64,000 bases of DNA from Octopus sinensis (taxonomy: Eukaryota). The stretch is from contig NC_043018.1 of assembly GCF_006345805.1 (NCBI RefSeq), positions 20,708,001-20,772,000 on the forward strand, read 5' to 3'. The notes under the pieces were generated by a model that saw only the letters and a list, made by a program, of their open reading frames with translations, made no database searches and had not been told where the DNA came from. Below, one piece after another: positions 53,083-64,000 of the stretch. Each line of letters opens with the position of its first letter. The stretch's first letter is position 1. A program made the translations under genes and the position numbers.

Positions 53083-54284
53083 CTGAAAAACAAAAACATT
53101 TAGACCTTAGGATTATCATATAATGAAAAACATCATCATCATCACTATTTTTATTCTTATTGTTTTGTTGTTGTTAGAATTGTTTAGTAGATGTGTGTTT
53201 GGTCCCACCACCACCATTGCTTCACACCGATGTTGGTTCTCAACCAGGGTCTATGCAAAACTTTTGGGCATCCATGCAAGGAAAATAGTAAATTGGGGAG
53301 CCACAACATTATTTTAAGGGTCTATGAAAAAAATTTTGGTTTAAATGTATTTATATCAAAAGAAAGGGTTAACAGATGTTGGGGCTTACAGAGTGGATGA
53401 CAGGGAACCCGAGATCCCTGGTGGTTTGTTGCACTTGAAAAGACACATTAAGCTAAGTAAAAGTGAGGTTGCTCTTTGATACAGGCATGTCCCCTGCATT
53501 TCTTTCCATCTGAGCATTCCTAATTTTGCAGGCTCGTAGGTGCTGGTGCCACTTAAGAAAGCACTCATTCCGGTGCTGCGTAAAAGCATCCAGTACACTC
53601 TGTAGAGTGGGTGGTGTTAGGTGGTGTAGAAACCATGCCAAAATGGACATGGAGCCTGGATAACTCTTCAGTTGGCCAGCTCCTGTCGAACCGACCAACC
53701 CATGACAGCATGGAAAAACGGATGTTAAATGATGACGGCGATGAAGAAAACTGGCCACTGGATTATAACAGATGACTCTTTCTACTATAGGCACAAGGCC
53801 TGACATTTTTTTGGGAGGGGACCAGTTGGTTACATTGACCCCTGAAAGGATGAAAAGCAAAGTTGACCCTAGCGGTATTTGAACTCAGAATGTGATGACA
53901 GACGAAATATTTATTTCTTTACTACCCACAAGGGGCTAAACAAGGACAGACACACAGATTAAGTCGATTACATCGACCCCAGTGCGTAACTGGTACTTAA
54001 TTTATCGACCCCGAAAGGATGAAAGGCAAAGTCGACCTCGGCGGAATTTGAACTCAGAACGTAACGGCAGACGAAATACAGCTATGCATTTCGCCTGGCG
54101 TTCTAACGATTCTGCCAGCTCGCCAACAGACGAAATACTACTAAGCATTTCACCCGGTGTGCTAACGTTTCTGCTAGCTAACCACCTTGAATGATTACAG
54201 ATAGTAAAAGTGATGAAACATAACAAAAAAAAAAATCAAAAAAAAAGTTCAAGGGAAAAAGCCAAATTAAGAACAACACACAAC

Positions 54285-54484
54285 CTTTTCAGGAAATAAT
54301 TATTTGGTAGATCTTCCATTTTACGACTGCAATTTAGACGGATTTCTTCTTCGACCATTTGGTCAACGTAGGTGCGAAAGTATGCCCACAGATAATCACT
54401 CCAGGAACGGCAGGCGGGAAGCAGAGCCTTCAGGTTTCCACTGAAGGCAGCATAGATAGCTTTCTCGTAGATGTTGTATCTGTT
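54285..54484 (-). CDS. NUP107: Nup107 exon
   Basis: tttcag| NRYNIYEKAIYAAFSGNLKALLPACRSWSDYLWAYFRTYVDQMVEEEIR...NYFLK |gttgtg; 200 nt. Confidence 0.94.
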
Positions 54485-55646
54485 CTGAAACGACAGAAGA
54501 GCAAACTATGTGGTTCCACTGGAAACTTTTGAAAAACAGAAACAATACCAAAAATTCTAGCAATTCTATTAGAACTAAGAAAAACAAAAACAAAAGAAAC
54601 CATCATTCATTATCCTTTAACACCTACGTTTCCATGTCTGCAGGGATCAGAAGGGATTCTTTGAAGCAGTGTTTCTTTGGTTAGGTGCCCTTCCTGTCAC
54701 CAACACTCGCCTGCTTACAAGCAAAGTAATAGTTCACCACAGTCAGAGATGCAAAAACAACGGGACAAAAACACAAACTTTCTCTCTCTCTTTTACTTGT
54801 TTCAGTCATTTGACTGCGGCCATGCTGGAGCACCGCCTTTGGTCAAGCAACTCAACCCCGGGACTTATTCTTTGTAAGCCCAGTACTTATTCTATCGGTC
54901 TCTTTTGCCGAACCGCTAAGTGACGGGGACGTAAACACACCAGCACCGGTTGTCAAGCAATGCTAGAGGGACAAACACAGACACACACACACATACATAT
55001 ATATATACGACAGGCTTCTTTCAGTTTCTGTCTACCAAATCTACTCACAATGCTTTGGTCGGCCCGAGGCTATAGCAGAAGACACTTGCCTAAGATGCCA
55101 CACAGTGGGACTGAACCCGGAACCATGTGGTTGGTTAGCAAGCTACTTACCACACAGCCACTCCTGCGTCTTTTCTCGATCACTCTCTCTCTCTTCTTCT
55201 GGGTAACCATGTATCTCTTCTATAGCGAGAGATCTGCTTCTGTCCCTCTCTAACCTCTCATCATATGGCACAAGGTCACCTCCTCCAATACCCCCACCTC
55301 TCAAAGGATCTTTCCCTTGTGGGTTACTTGGTGACCCCATCAGTGCTGGTGTCACGTAAAAAAAAAGCATACAGTTTACACTGTGAAGCGGCTGATGTTT
55401 GTAAGGGTAGCCAGCTGTAAAAAAAACCATGCCAAAGCAGACCTCACCAATGCTGGTGCCACATAAAAAGCACTCAGTCCTCTTTAAGGCGGTTGGTGTT
55501 AGGAAGGACATCCAGCCATAAAAACCAAGCCAAAGCCAAAATAGACAGTGAAACCTGGTGCGGTCTTTTGGCTGGCCAGTTCCTGTAAAACTCTTTAAGC
55601 CATACCAGCATGGAAAACGGACATTAAATGATGATGGTATGTATGT

Positions 55647-55733
<87 letters not shown>

Positions 55734-55876
55734 AATATAAACAAGAAGGGTAGTAATATTAGTTACTACCAGGTGCCCAGCACAAAAGACGAATTAGTCA
55801 TAAGACAAAATATTATTCATAAAGAAAAATATTATTCATGTAGTAATACAATTAAGGGCTCCTAAAATTTAGGCGA

Positions 55877-55950
55877 CTCGTTGATGAAGCCAGCCTTAGC
55901 AAACATATTCTGTGTTTTGCTAGAAAGAGGCAGAAACTGATCAGTCCGAG
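55877..55950 (+). ncRNA. Type I minimal hammerhead ribozyme-like motif
   Basis: CTCG-TTGATGA-A-GCC..TAGCAAACA..TGTTTTGCTA..GGC-A-GAAA-C-TGATCA-G-TC-CGAG. Confidence 0.6.
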
Positions 55951-56032
55951 GTGTTAAAGTTATCGGTAAACGTTTTTGATTTTCACTCTCGATAAATTCA
56001 TCTCCTTTTTTTGTGTTCCCAGCACTCGGCAT

Positions 56033-56091
<59 letters not shown>

Positions 56092-56322
56092 GCATAAAAT
56101 ATGAGGGGCTTCTTTCAGTTTCCATCTACTAAATCTGTTCACAAGCCTGGGACTATAGTAGAAGACACTTGAAAAAATAGAGCCATAAAATGGTTAAATG
56201 GTGAGTATTCAGAAAAGAACCCCCCCCCCAATCGTTACCAATATTTGTAATTCCAGGATAGTGCGGACAGACATCAACCAACAAAGGAATAGAATTTCAA
56301 ACAGTTTTTTTTATAACCCTAC

Positions 56323-56496
56323 CTCTTGACACACGGCCCATGAAACGCGTTTCCACACATCTCTGAACAGATTGCCTTCCACAGGTTGAAGATTTTCTTC
56401 ATTGTGTACCTCAAAGTTGGCATCATGATATAATCGCCAGCCTTCGAGAGATGCAGCACGCCAGGCTTGTCCGTGATTGCAACTGATTTTCTGGGC
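56323..56496 (-). CDS. NUP107: Nup107 exon
   Basis: tttcag| AQKISCNHGQAWRAASLEGWRLYHDANF...VEGNLFRDVWKRVSWAVCQE |gtaggg; 174 nt; GQAWRAAxLEGW motif. Confidence 0.96.
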
Positions 56497-58709
56497 CTGA
56501 AATGTGAAGATAAGAAGAATATAGATTTCTTTATTGCCCACAAGGGACTAAACACAGAGGGGACAAACAAGGACAGACAATGGAATTAAGTCGATTACAT
56601 CGGCCCCAGTGCGTAACTGGTACTTAATTTATCGACCCCCGAAAGGATGAAAGGCAAAGTCGACCTCGGCGGAATTTGAACTCACAACATAACGGCAGAC
56701 GAAATACCTATTTCTTTATTACCCACAAGGGGCTAAACACAGAGGGGACAAACAAGGACAGACATAGGTATTAAGTTGATTACATCGACCCCAGTGCGTA
56801 ACTGGTACTTAATTTATCGACCCCCGAAAGGATGAAAGGCAAAGTTGACCTCGGCGGAATTTGAACTCACAACGTAACGGCAGACGAAATACCTATTTCT
56901 TTATTGCCCACAAGGGGCTAAACACAGAGGGGACAAACAAGGACAGACAATGGAATTAAGTCGATTACATCGGCCCCAGTGCGTAACTGGTACTTATTTA
57001 ATCAACCCCGAAAGGATGAAAGGCAAAGTCGACCTTGGCGGAATTTGAACACAAAACGTAACGGCAGACGAAATACTGCTTGGCATTTCGCCCGGTGTGC
57101 TAATATTTCTGCCAGCTCACCGCTTTACTAAGATAAGAATATAGATATGTAAACCAACAGGGTAGACATATAAACTTGACATATTTACGTATCTGTTCAT
57201 TGATTACAAGCAACAAGTGAGAAAAAATTGATGAATACCCTTAACTGACTTTCAATTCCTTTTGGGTTTACATTAGTTGTGGCTGTTGCAGGTGTCACAA
57301 AACTGGCACCTGTGCTGGTGGCACATAAAAAGCACCTTTCATGTGTTGGGCCTTACAGAAGCAATGACAAATGACCGAGACCTTTGGCAATATGCTGTAC
57401 TTGAGAAGACTCATTAAGCCAAGTGAAATCGTAGTTGTGGCAGATACTGGTGTCACACAGCTGGCACCAGTGCCGGTGGCACGTAAAAGTACCCAGTTCA
57501 CTCTGTAAAGTGGTTGGCATGAGGAAAAGCATCCAGCCATAGAAACCATGCCAAATCAGACTAGAGTCTGGTGCAGCCCCTCAGCTTACCAGTCCTGGTC
57601 AAATTGTCAAACCCATGCCAGCATGGACAACAGATATTTGATGATGATGATTAGAGGTGTCTACATCACTTGATGCAGCCAGTCTGTTTACATACACATC
57701 CAATCTAATAGCTTCAGGGAATTGGAGCAACTAGTGTACATAACTTTATTGTTTAAATACTTTATTTACAGCAGCCTGTCAATGGGAACCCAGTCTACAC
57801 AGTATCAAGGTATGATATATGTAAATCTATGTAGCAGACATATAAATATGGCAAATTTAACTGTTTCTCCAGAGACTGACAAAAATGGTGAACCTCCGTG
57901 CCATAGAATCTCAGGTGCTTTTCAGTCCTTTCAACAATCACTCATCTCATGGAACTCTATTTTAAATATAAGGGCCTCTCACAATCCCCATGTTTCTGGA
58001 ATTCATTACCAACCAATATAGGAATGCTAATTCATTATATAAGATAAACATTCCAGAACAAATGTCAAAAAAATGATTTCTTTTTTTTGAACTCATAACC
58101 TTGTGATCGTAAGCTCGACACTCTAACCGCTGAGCCATGCGCCTTCACCATCAAAAGAATATCATGTTATATATATACGTAGTTGCTCTTAACAAAATAC
58201 TTCAAGACACATTGATCTGATGCTACCTTCGATTGAATCTAGTATTCCTAGGATCTGTTTGGTTCTATGATATACATACACATGCATCATCACCATTTTA
58301 ATTGGTCAGCTGGAATGTTGAGGTGGTCTTCCTATGGCCTGATGCCCCCCAGGTTTCCACACTACTACTTGCTTCCAACTAAGGTAATAATGGTTTCAAA
58401 TTTTGGCATAAGGCCAGCAAGTTCAGGTGAGAGGGTAAGTCAATTTATATCGACCCCCAGTGCTCAACTGGTATTTTATTGACCCCAAAAGATGAAAGGT
58501 AAAGTTGACCTTGGTGAAATTTGAACTCAGAACGTAAAAAAAGGACAAAATGCCACAAAGTGTTTTGCCACATATTCTAATGATTCTGGCAGCTTCCTGC
58601 CCTCAATCAAGGTAATAATAAACACACACACACTCTTTCTCTCTCTCTCTCTCACTGGACTTTTTGTACAGAACTGTTTCAAAAATTTAACATCAAAATT
58701 ATATAGTTG

Positions 58710-59045
58710 TTGTTGAGACCCCACTTCGGTCAAGACTGACCATGGGACTGCACCTAGGAAGTTACCCTCCCAGGCACAAGTCCAGGCAAGGTTTATAGAA
58801 GACCAGCAGTCGCCCATGCATACCGGCCTCCCCTCTCCACGCCACCAGCGTTATCCAAGTGAAAGGCAAAGGGGCCAATACAGCTTGGCACCTGTGACGT
58901 CGCAACTCATTTGTACAGCTGAGTGAACTGGAGCAACGTGGAATAAAGTGTCTTGCTCAAGAACACAATACGCAGCCCGGTCCATGATTCAAACTCACAA
59001 CCTCGTGATCGTAAGCTCGACGCTCTAACCACTGAGCCATGCGCC
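58710..59045 (-). mobile_element. tRNA-derived SINE family E (also 1-170)
   Basis: Minus-strand head GGCGCATGGCTCAGTGGTTAGAGCG...GAGTTTGAATC and body GTTCTTGAGCAAGACACTTTATT shared with 1-170. Confidence 0.75.
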
Positions 59046-59117
59046 TTTACCATCAAAAGAATACCATGTTATATATATATGTAGTTGCTCTTAACAAAAC
59101 CATTCCAAGTAACATAC

Positions 59118-59231
59118 CTGATCTATATCTCCAGCTCGGATGCAGGCAAACATTCGCTGCAGTAAAATAAGATCATCTTCCTGGTCAAGGTCGTCCAGTG
59201 CCTTTCCTTGACGTAAAGGAGCATCAGGGTC
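59118..59231 (-). CDS. NUP107: Nup107 exon
   Basis: tatcag| DPDAPLRQGKALDDLDQEDDLILLQRMFACIRAGDIDQ |gtatgt; 114 nt; DPDAPxRQ motif. Confidence 0.95.
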
Positions 59232-59437
59232 CTGATAACAAACATTAAAGAGGTGTAATTATTCCTAACGAACACTACAACTATGCAAACAGGTAAACAA
59301 AAATTACCAATCCTTCACTCTTCAACTGAGTGATGTTACCTGCCTGGCTCAGACCTTTACCTAAATAATAATAATAATAATAATAGCAATAATAATAATG
59401 AAAATAATAACAATAATAATAATAATAATAATAATAA

Positions 59438-59852
59438 GTTGATATAGTTGTCAGAGATCATGAAGAAAAAAAATGTTTTCTAATTGATGTATCAATACCA
59501 GCGGATGACAACATGTCTCTAAAAGAAATGGAGAAACTTTCAAAATACAAAGACCTGGAAATAGAGGTAACCAGAATGTGGAATCTAAAAACAGAAACAA
59601 TTCCTATCATAGTAGGTGCATTAGGCATGATTAAAAAAAATATTCAGACAAATACATAACAAAAACACCAGGACTTACAAACACATATAACATACAGAAA
59701 ATTGCACTACTAGGCACTGCACACATCCTATGCAGAACACTTTCCATACAATAACCATCAGAGCATCACAACAAATCACAGCACATACCCAAGGCACACA
59801 GAGCTGTGCTCGGTAGTGAAGTGAAAACACACTATAAAAATAAAACTACTGA
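59438..59852 (+). mobile_element. R4/Dong-clade non-LTR retrotransposon 3' end (restriction-like endonuclease plus 3' UTR)
   Basis: DIVVRDHEEKKCFLIDVSIPADDNMSLKEMEKLSKYKDLEIEVTRMWNLKTETIPIIVGALG...IQKIALLGTAHIL; flanked by (AAT)n on both sides. Confidence 0.85.
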
Positions 59853-59869
59853 ATAATAATAATAATAGC

Positions 59870-59906
<37 letters not shown>

Positions 59907-60812
59907 GCCCTGATGCAGTACCAGATAGTGGCTCTTGGGAGATGGGAAGTAGTATCAAGGGTGTGTGGTTTTGTTTCATTTGAGGGATCTAAAGTACAGA
60001 AGGGACGGATATAGCTATGTTGAGGAAGAGCGGATACATGGACATCCCAGTTGGAAAACAAAGGAGAGTGAGTTGGAGAGTAAGAGAGTCAAAATGAGAG
60101 AAACGAAGGTGGGGGATGTGTTGGGACATGCCCTCAAGTAAAATAGATGGGTAAGAAAAGAACGAGGAGGATAAAATATATAAAAGTATATATTAAAGTA
60201 TAAAAACAATTATATCTATATATATATGTATATTTTTTGTTTCATTCATTTGACTAGAGCACCGCCTTTAGTTAAACAAATCAACCCCAGGACTTATTTG
60301 TTGTAAGCCTAATACTTATTCTATCAGTTGCATTTGTTGAACTGCTAAGTTATGGGGGACATAAACCAGCATCGGTTGTCAAGCGATGTTTTTTTGGGTG
60401 GGGGCAAACACAGACACACAAACACAATATATATATTATATATATGTATATATACGATGGGCTTCTTTCAGTTTCTGTCAACCAAACCCACTCAAAAGGC
60501 TTTGTTCTGCCTGAAGCCATAGCAGAAGACACTTGCCCAAGGTGCCATGCAGTGGGACTGAACCCAGAACCATGTGGTTGGTAAGCAAGCTACTTACCAC
60601 ACAGCCACTCCTGCGCCTATCTATATGTACATTATATATGTACACATATATATCTATATATACATACATATATATACATACATACATATATACATACATA
60701 TATATACATACATACAATACATATATATATATACATACATACAATACATATATATATATATATATATATAGAGGAAGGTTGTATGTACGCTGCAAAAATG
60801 TATGTATAAAAA

Positions 60813-61007
60813 ATATATAAAATGGGACAAGAATGCAAAACATTCAAATAGACGATACGAAAACGGACGGGTCATTCGAAGCCTCTAATCTTCAGTCAAG
60901 AACTGGATCATCCTCGCAATTCGGCTGAAGATTAGAGGCTTCGAATGACCCGTCCGTTTCCGTATCGTCTATTTGAATGTTTTGCATTCTTGTCCCATTT
61001 TATATAT
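60813..61007. repeat. 83-bp-arm palindrome with a 29-nt spacer
   Basis: 60813-60895 versus 60925-61007, one mismatch seen. Confidence 0.9.
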
Positions 61008-61125
61008 ATTTCTTATATATATGTATGTATGTGTGGTGTGTGTGTGTATACATATAAACCAAATAACTCACTTTACCAAGGTTGAAAAACGATAGATGAC
61101 AAATTCAAGGGAGATAATAACTCAC

Positions 61126-61204
61126 CAATTCATCAATCAGGGGTCGTTCAGTTTCTGATACTGGAATCTGCTTTCTCTTACGAAGCCGGTGAAGGGTGTT
61201 CTCC
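61126..61204 (-). CDS. NUP107: Nup107 exon
   Basis: ttttag| (W)ENTLHRLRKRKQIPVSETERPLIDEL |gtgagt; 79 nt; completes the split TG|G codon. Confidence 0.93.
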
Positions 61205-61929
61205 CTAAAACAGATTTCAGAAATAAAAATATATAAATAAATAAATGGAATCTTATTTTTTGGAACACATACATATCTATATCTAAAATAATAAAGGTGC
61301 ACATTTGAATATTAATTTGATTAATATCAATTTAAAACCAGTTGTCAAGTGATTGTGGGGGTGACAAACACAGATACAAACACACACATATATATATATA
61401 TACGACAGGCTTCTTTCAGTTTCCGTCTACCAAATCCACTCACAAGGCTTTGGTTGGCCCGCGGCTATAGCAGAAGACTGACAAACACAGATACACACAC
61501 ACACATATACGACAGGCTTCCTGCACATAGCCATACCTGTGCCTAGGAATTGTGTAAAAACATTGCCGAACTATTTTGCGAATTGTAGAAATATAAACAA
61601 ATTCTGACAGATAGATTTTAAGAATATCTTATTTTTGTTTGTTTTTGTTTTTGTTTTGTTTTTCCAGTTTCAGCTCTTGAGCTGTGGCCATGCTGGGGCA
61701 CCGCCATTGTGGTGAAAGAGTACAGCAGGGATCACCACCACCCCCTGCCGGAGCCTCGTAGAGCTTTTAGGTGTTTTCGCTCAATAAACACACACAACGC
61801 CCGGTCTGAGAATCGAAACCGCGATCCTGCGACCGCGAGTCCGCTGCCCTAACCACTGGGCCATTGGTGGACCTCAGGTGAGAACCACTGATTTCAAGAA
61901 GAAGAAGAAGAAAAGCTTCCAAAACTTAC

Positions 61930-62021
61930 CAAGCTACTTCTTTACCGGAATAAAACTCTGGATTGTCTGCAAGTGTGGAGAGATATTCATGACTGCAACT
62001 TTCCAACCAGTCAACTACAAT
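61930..62021 (-). CDS. NUP107: Nup107 exon
   Basis: tctag| IVVDWLESCSHEYLSTLADNPEFYSGKEVAW |gtaagt; 92 nt; VVDWLES motif. Confidence 0.93.
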
Positions 62022-62751
62022 CTAGATTACGAAAAGAAAGAATTCTTATTAACAAAGAAGCTATTAGTTTTTAATACAGACTTCTAATTTTCGACACAAG
62101 GCCTGTAATTTTAAAGGGTTAGGTCAATTGCACTGACCCCAGTGCTTATCATCATCATCGTTTAACATCCGTTCGCCATGCTAGCATGGGTTGGACGGTT
62201 CGACCGGGGATCTGGGAAGCCAGAAGGCTGCACCAGGCCCAATCTGATCTGGCAATGTTTCTACGGCTGGATGCCCTTCCTAAGGCCAACCACTCCGTGA
62301 GTGTAGTGGGTGCTTTTAATGTGCCAGGCAAACGGCCACGGTCGGATGGTGCTTTTTACGTGCCACCAGCATGGGGGCCAGGCGAGGCTGGCAATGGCCA
62401 TGATTGGATGGTGCTTTTTACGAAAAGATGAAAGGCAAAGTCAATCTTGGCAGCATTTGAACTAAGAACGTCAAAAGCTGGAAGAAATAATACAAAGTAT
62501 TTTGTCTGGGGCCGTAACAACTCTGCCAGCCTCTGGCTTTAATTCTAATTTCCAATGATGCTTTCTTGTTCACAATACAGATTGAAAAGTGGTAAACATC
62601 ATTAACAGCATCCGTAAAACTGATTATGGAGGATGTACTTAGAGCTGCTTAAGATGTCCACCACACATCAGATTAAATGGTTAACATATAATCATCATTA
62701 TTTGATGTCTATTGTTCATGCTGGTATGGGTTGGATGGTTTGACCAGAACT

Positions 62752-62959
62752 GAGGCGTCGAGCTGGCAGAAATGTTAGCACGCCGGGCGAAATGCGTAGC
62801 CGTATTTCGTCTGCCATTACGTTCTGAGTTCAAATTCCGCCGAGGCCGACTTTGGGGTCGATTAAATAAGTACCAGTTACGCACTGGGGTCAATATAATC
62901 GGCTTAATCCATTTGTCTGTCCTCTCTGTGTTTAGCCACTTGTGGGTAGTAAAGAAATA
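62752..62959 (+). mobile_element. tRNA-derived SINE family B with a 15-bp TSD (others at about 1000-1490, 23405-24075, 28875, 30805-31036, 46580-47000, 53830-54180, 56527-57122)
   Basis: Head GAGCTGGCAGAA...GAGTTCAAATTCC, tail TTGTGGGTAGTAAAGAAATA; TSD GGTTTGACCAGAACT at 62737 and 62960. Confidence 0.85.
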
Positions 62960-63442
62960 GGTTTGACCAGAACTAGAATGCTGGGGAGCTGCACCAGATT
63001 CCAGTCTGATTTGGCTTGGTTTCTACAGCTGGATGCCCTTCCTAACGCCAACCACTTTACAGAATGTGCTGGGTGCTTTTTACATAGCACCGCATGAGTG
63101 CTTTTATATGGCACCACAAAGGCACTTTTACGTGGAAACTGCCATGAGTGCCATAAATGGCACTAACATAGGCCTCTTAACATTCTGTATTAACCGTGGA
63201 ATCATGGAAAAGTGGATGTTAAATGATGATAAAATATATAAATGTAATGCATTTGTGTCTGTGTGTGTGTGTGTATATAAAGCATTGTTTGCCCATAACA
63301 TGACTAGACGTTGCAGCTTTTGCTTGAATGAAGTCTCCTCTATAGAAATGAAACAATATTCGATGCAGGGACGAAGGCTCTTGCTCTATATATATGCATA
63401 AAGTAGGGAAGATGTTTAACCAAGAGGAAGTCAAAATATTAC

Positions 63443-63514
63443 TTGTGCTTCTCTGACACTGGAATCCTTCTTAAACAGACGAGACATCAGGTTGTATTCA
63501 CTGGGATATTTGAG
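63443..63514 (-). CDS. NUP107: Nup107 internal exon (first in window)
   Basis: ttccag| LKYPSEYNLMSRLFKKDSSVREAQ |gtaata; 72 nt; aligns with the recalled vertebrate LFQRDSLVRQSQ segment. Confidence 0.88.
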
Positions 63515-64000
63515 CTGGAAAAAAAAAAAAAAAATGAATTCTCGTTTATTAGCCACAAGGGCTAACAAAAATCAAATAAAACATACAAGGACAAAACACA
63601 GGACGAAAGTTACAAAAAGGGTTTTGTCCGTTTGAAAAGGGTCCGTGTAAAAATGCAAGATAACAACGAAAATTTAACAAGTAAAAACTCCCAATAGGGG
63701 GAGGCGCTTCGAAAGGGTACTCATGGAAAAACCCATAAAAGCCATGGGAGCCTGGTCAAAAGTGGGGTAGAGAGCCCCTTTCTCCTTTTACATTATCTTT
63801 TTTAATAAATAATAATAATGATGATAATAATCCTTTCTACAATAGATAGAAGGTCTGAAATTTTGTGGTTTTTGTGGGAGGGGACTAGTTGATTACATCA
63901 ACCCCAGTGTTTCACTAGTACTTAATTTATTGACCCCACCGAAAGGATGAAAGGCAAAGTCGACCTTGGTGGAATTTGAACTCAGAACATAAAGATGGAT

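Noticed and set aside
57770-58030. Possible intronic snoRNA or extra exon
   Set aside because: No convincing C/D or H/ACA boxes; WNSLPTNI on plus suggests an old LINE remnant.

Overview
AT-rich, microsatellite- and SINE-dense eukaryotic DNA. The repeat families point to an octopus (coleoid cephalopod) genome; this is inference. Two protein-coding genes are well supported on the minus strand. One is the 3' 18 exons of nucleoporin Nup107 (63514 down to 37041, about 690 codons, all GT-AG and phase-consistent; the 5' part lies beyond the window). The other is the first coding exon of the MFS transporter MFSD10 (614-387). Between them is a probable unannotated spliced minus-strand transcript (candidate exons at about 29290-29067, 27998-27965, 13473-13369 and from 11741) with no conventional AUG ORF and a pair of NF-kB sites in an intron. 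The rest is tRNA-derived SINEs, a TIR-complete but dead Tc1 element, mariner/maT relics, piggyBac-like MITEs, a small Helitron, R4/Dong and RTE LINE ends, and long simple repeats. Nearly all ORFs in the supplied track are repeat artefacts. The most notable hidden structure is a set of at least five Penelope-type minimal hammerhead ribozyme motifs from several unrelated families, most with non-canonical catalytic cores, plus two near-perfect long palindromes. One hammerhead lies in sense inside a Nup107 intron and one in sense just downstream of the gene.
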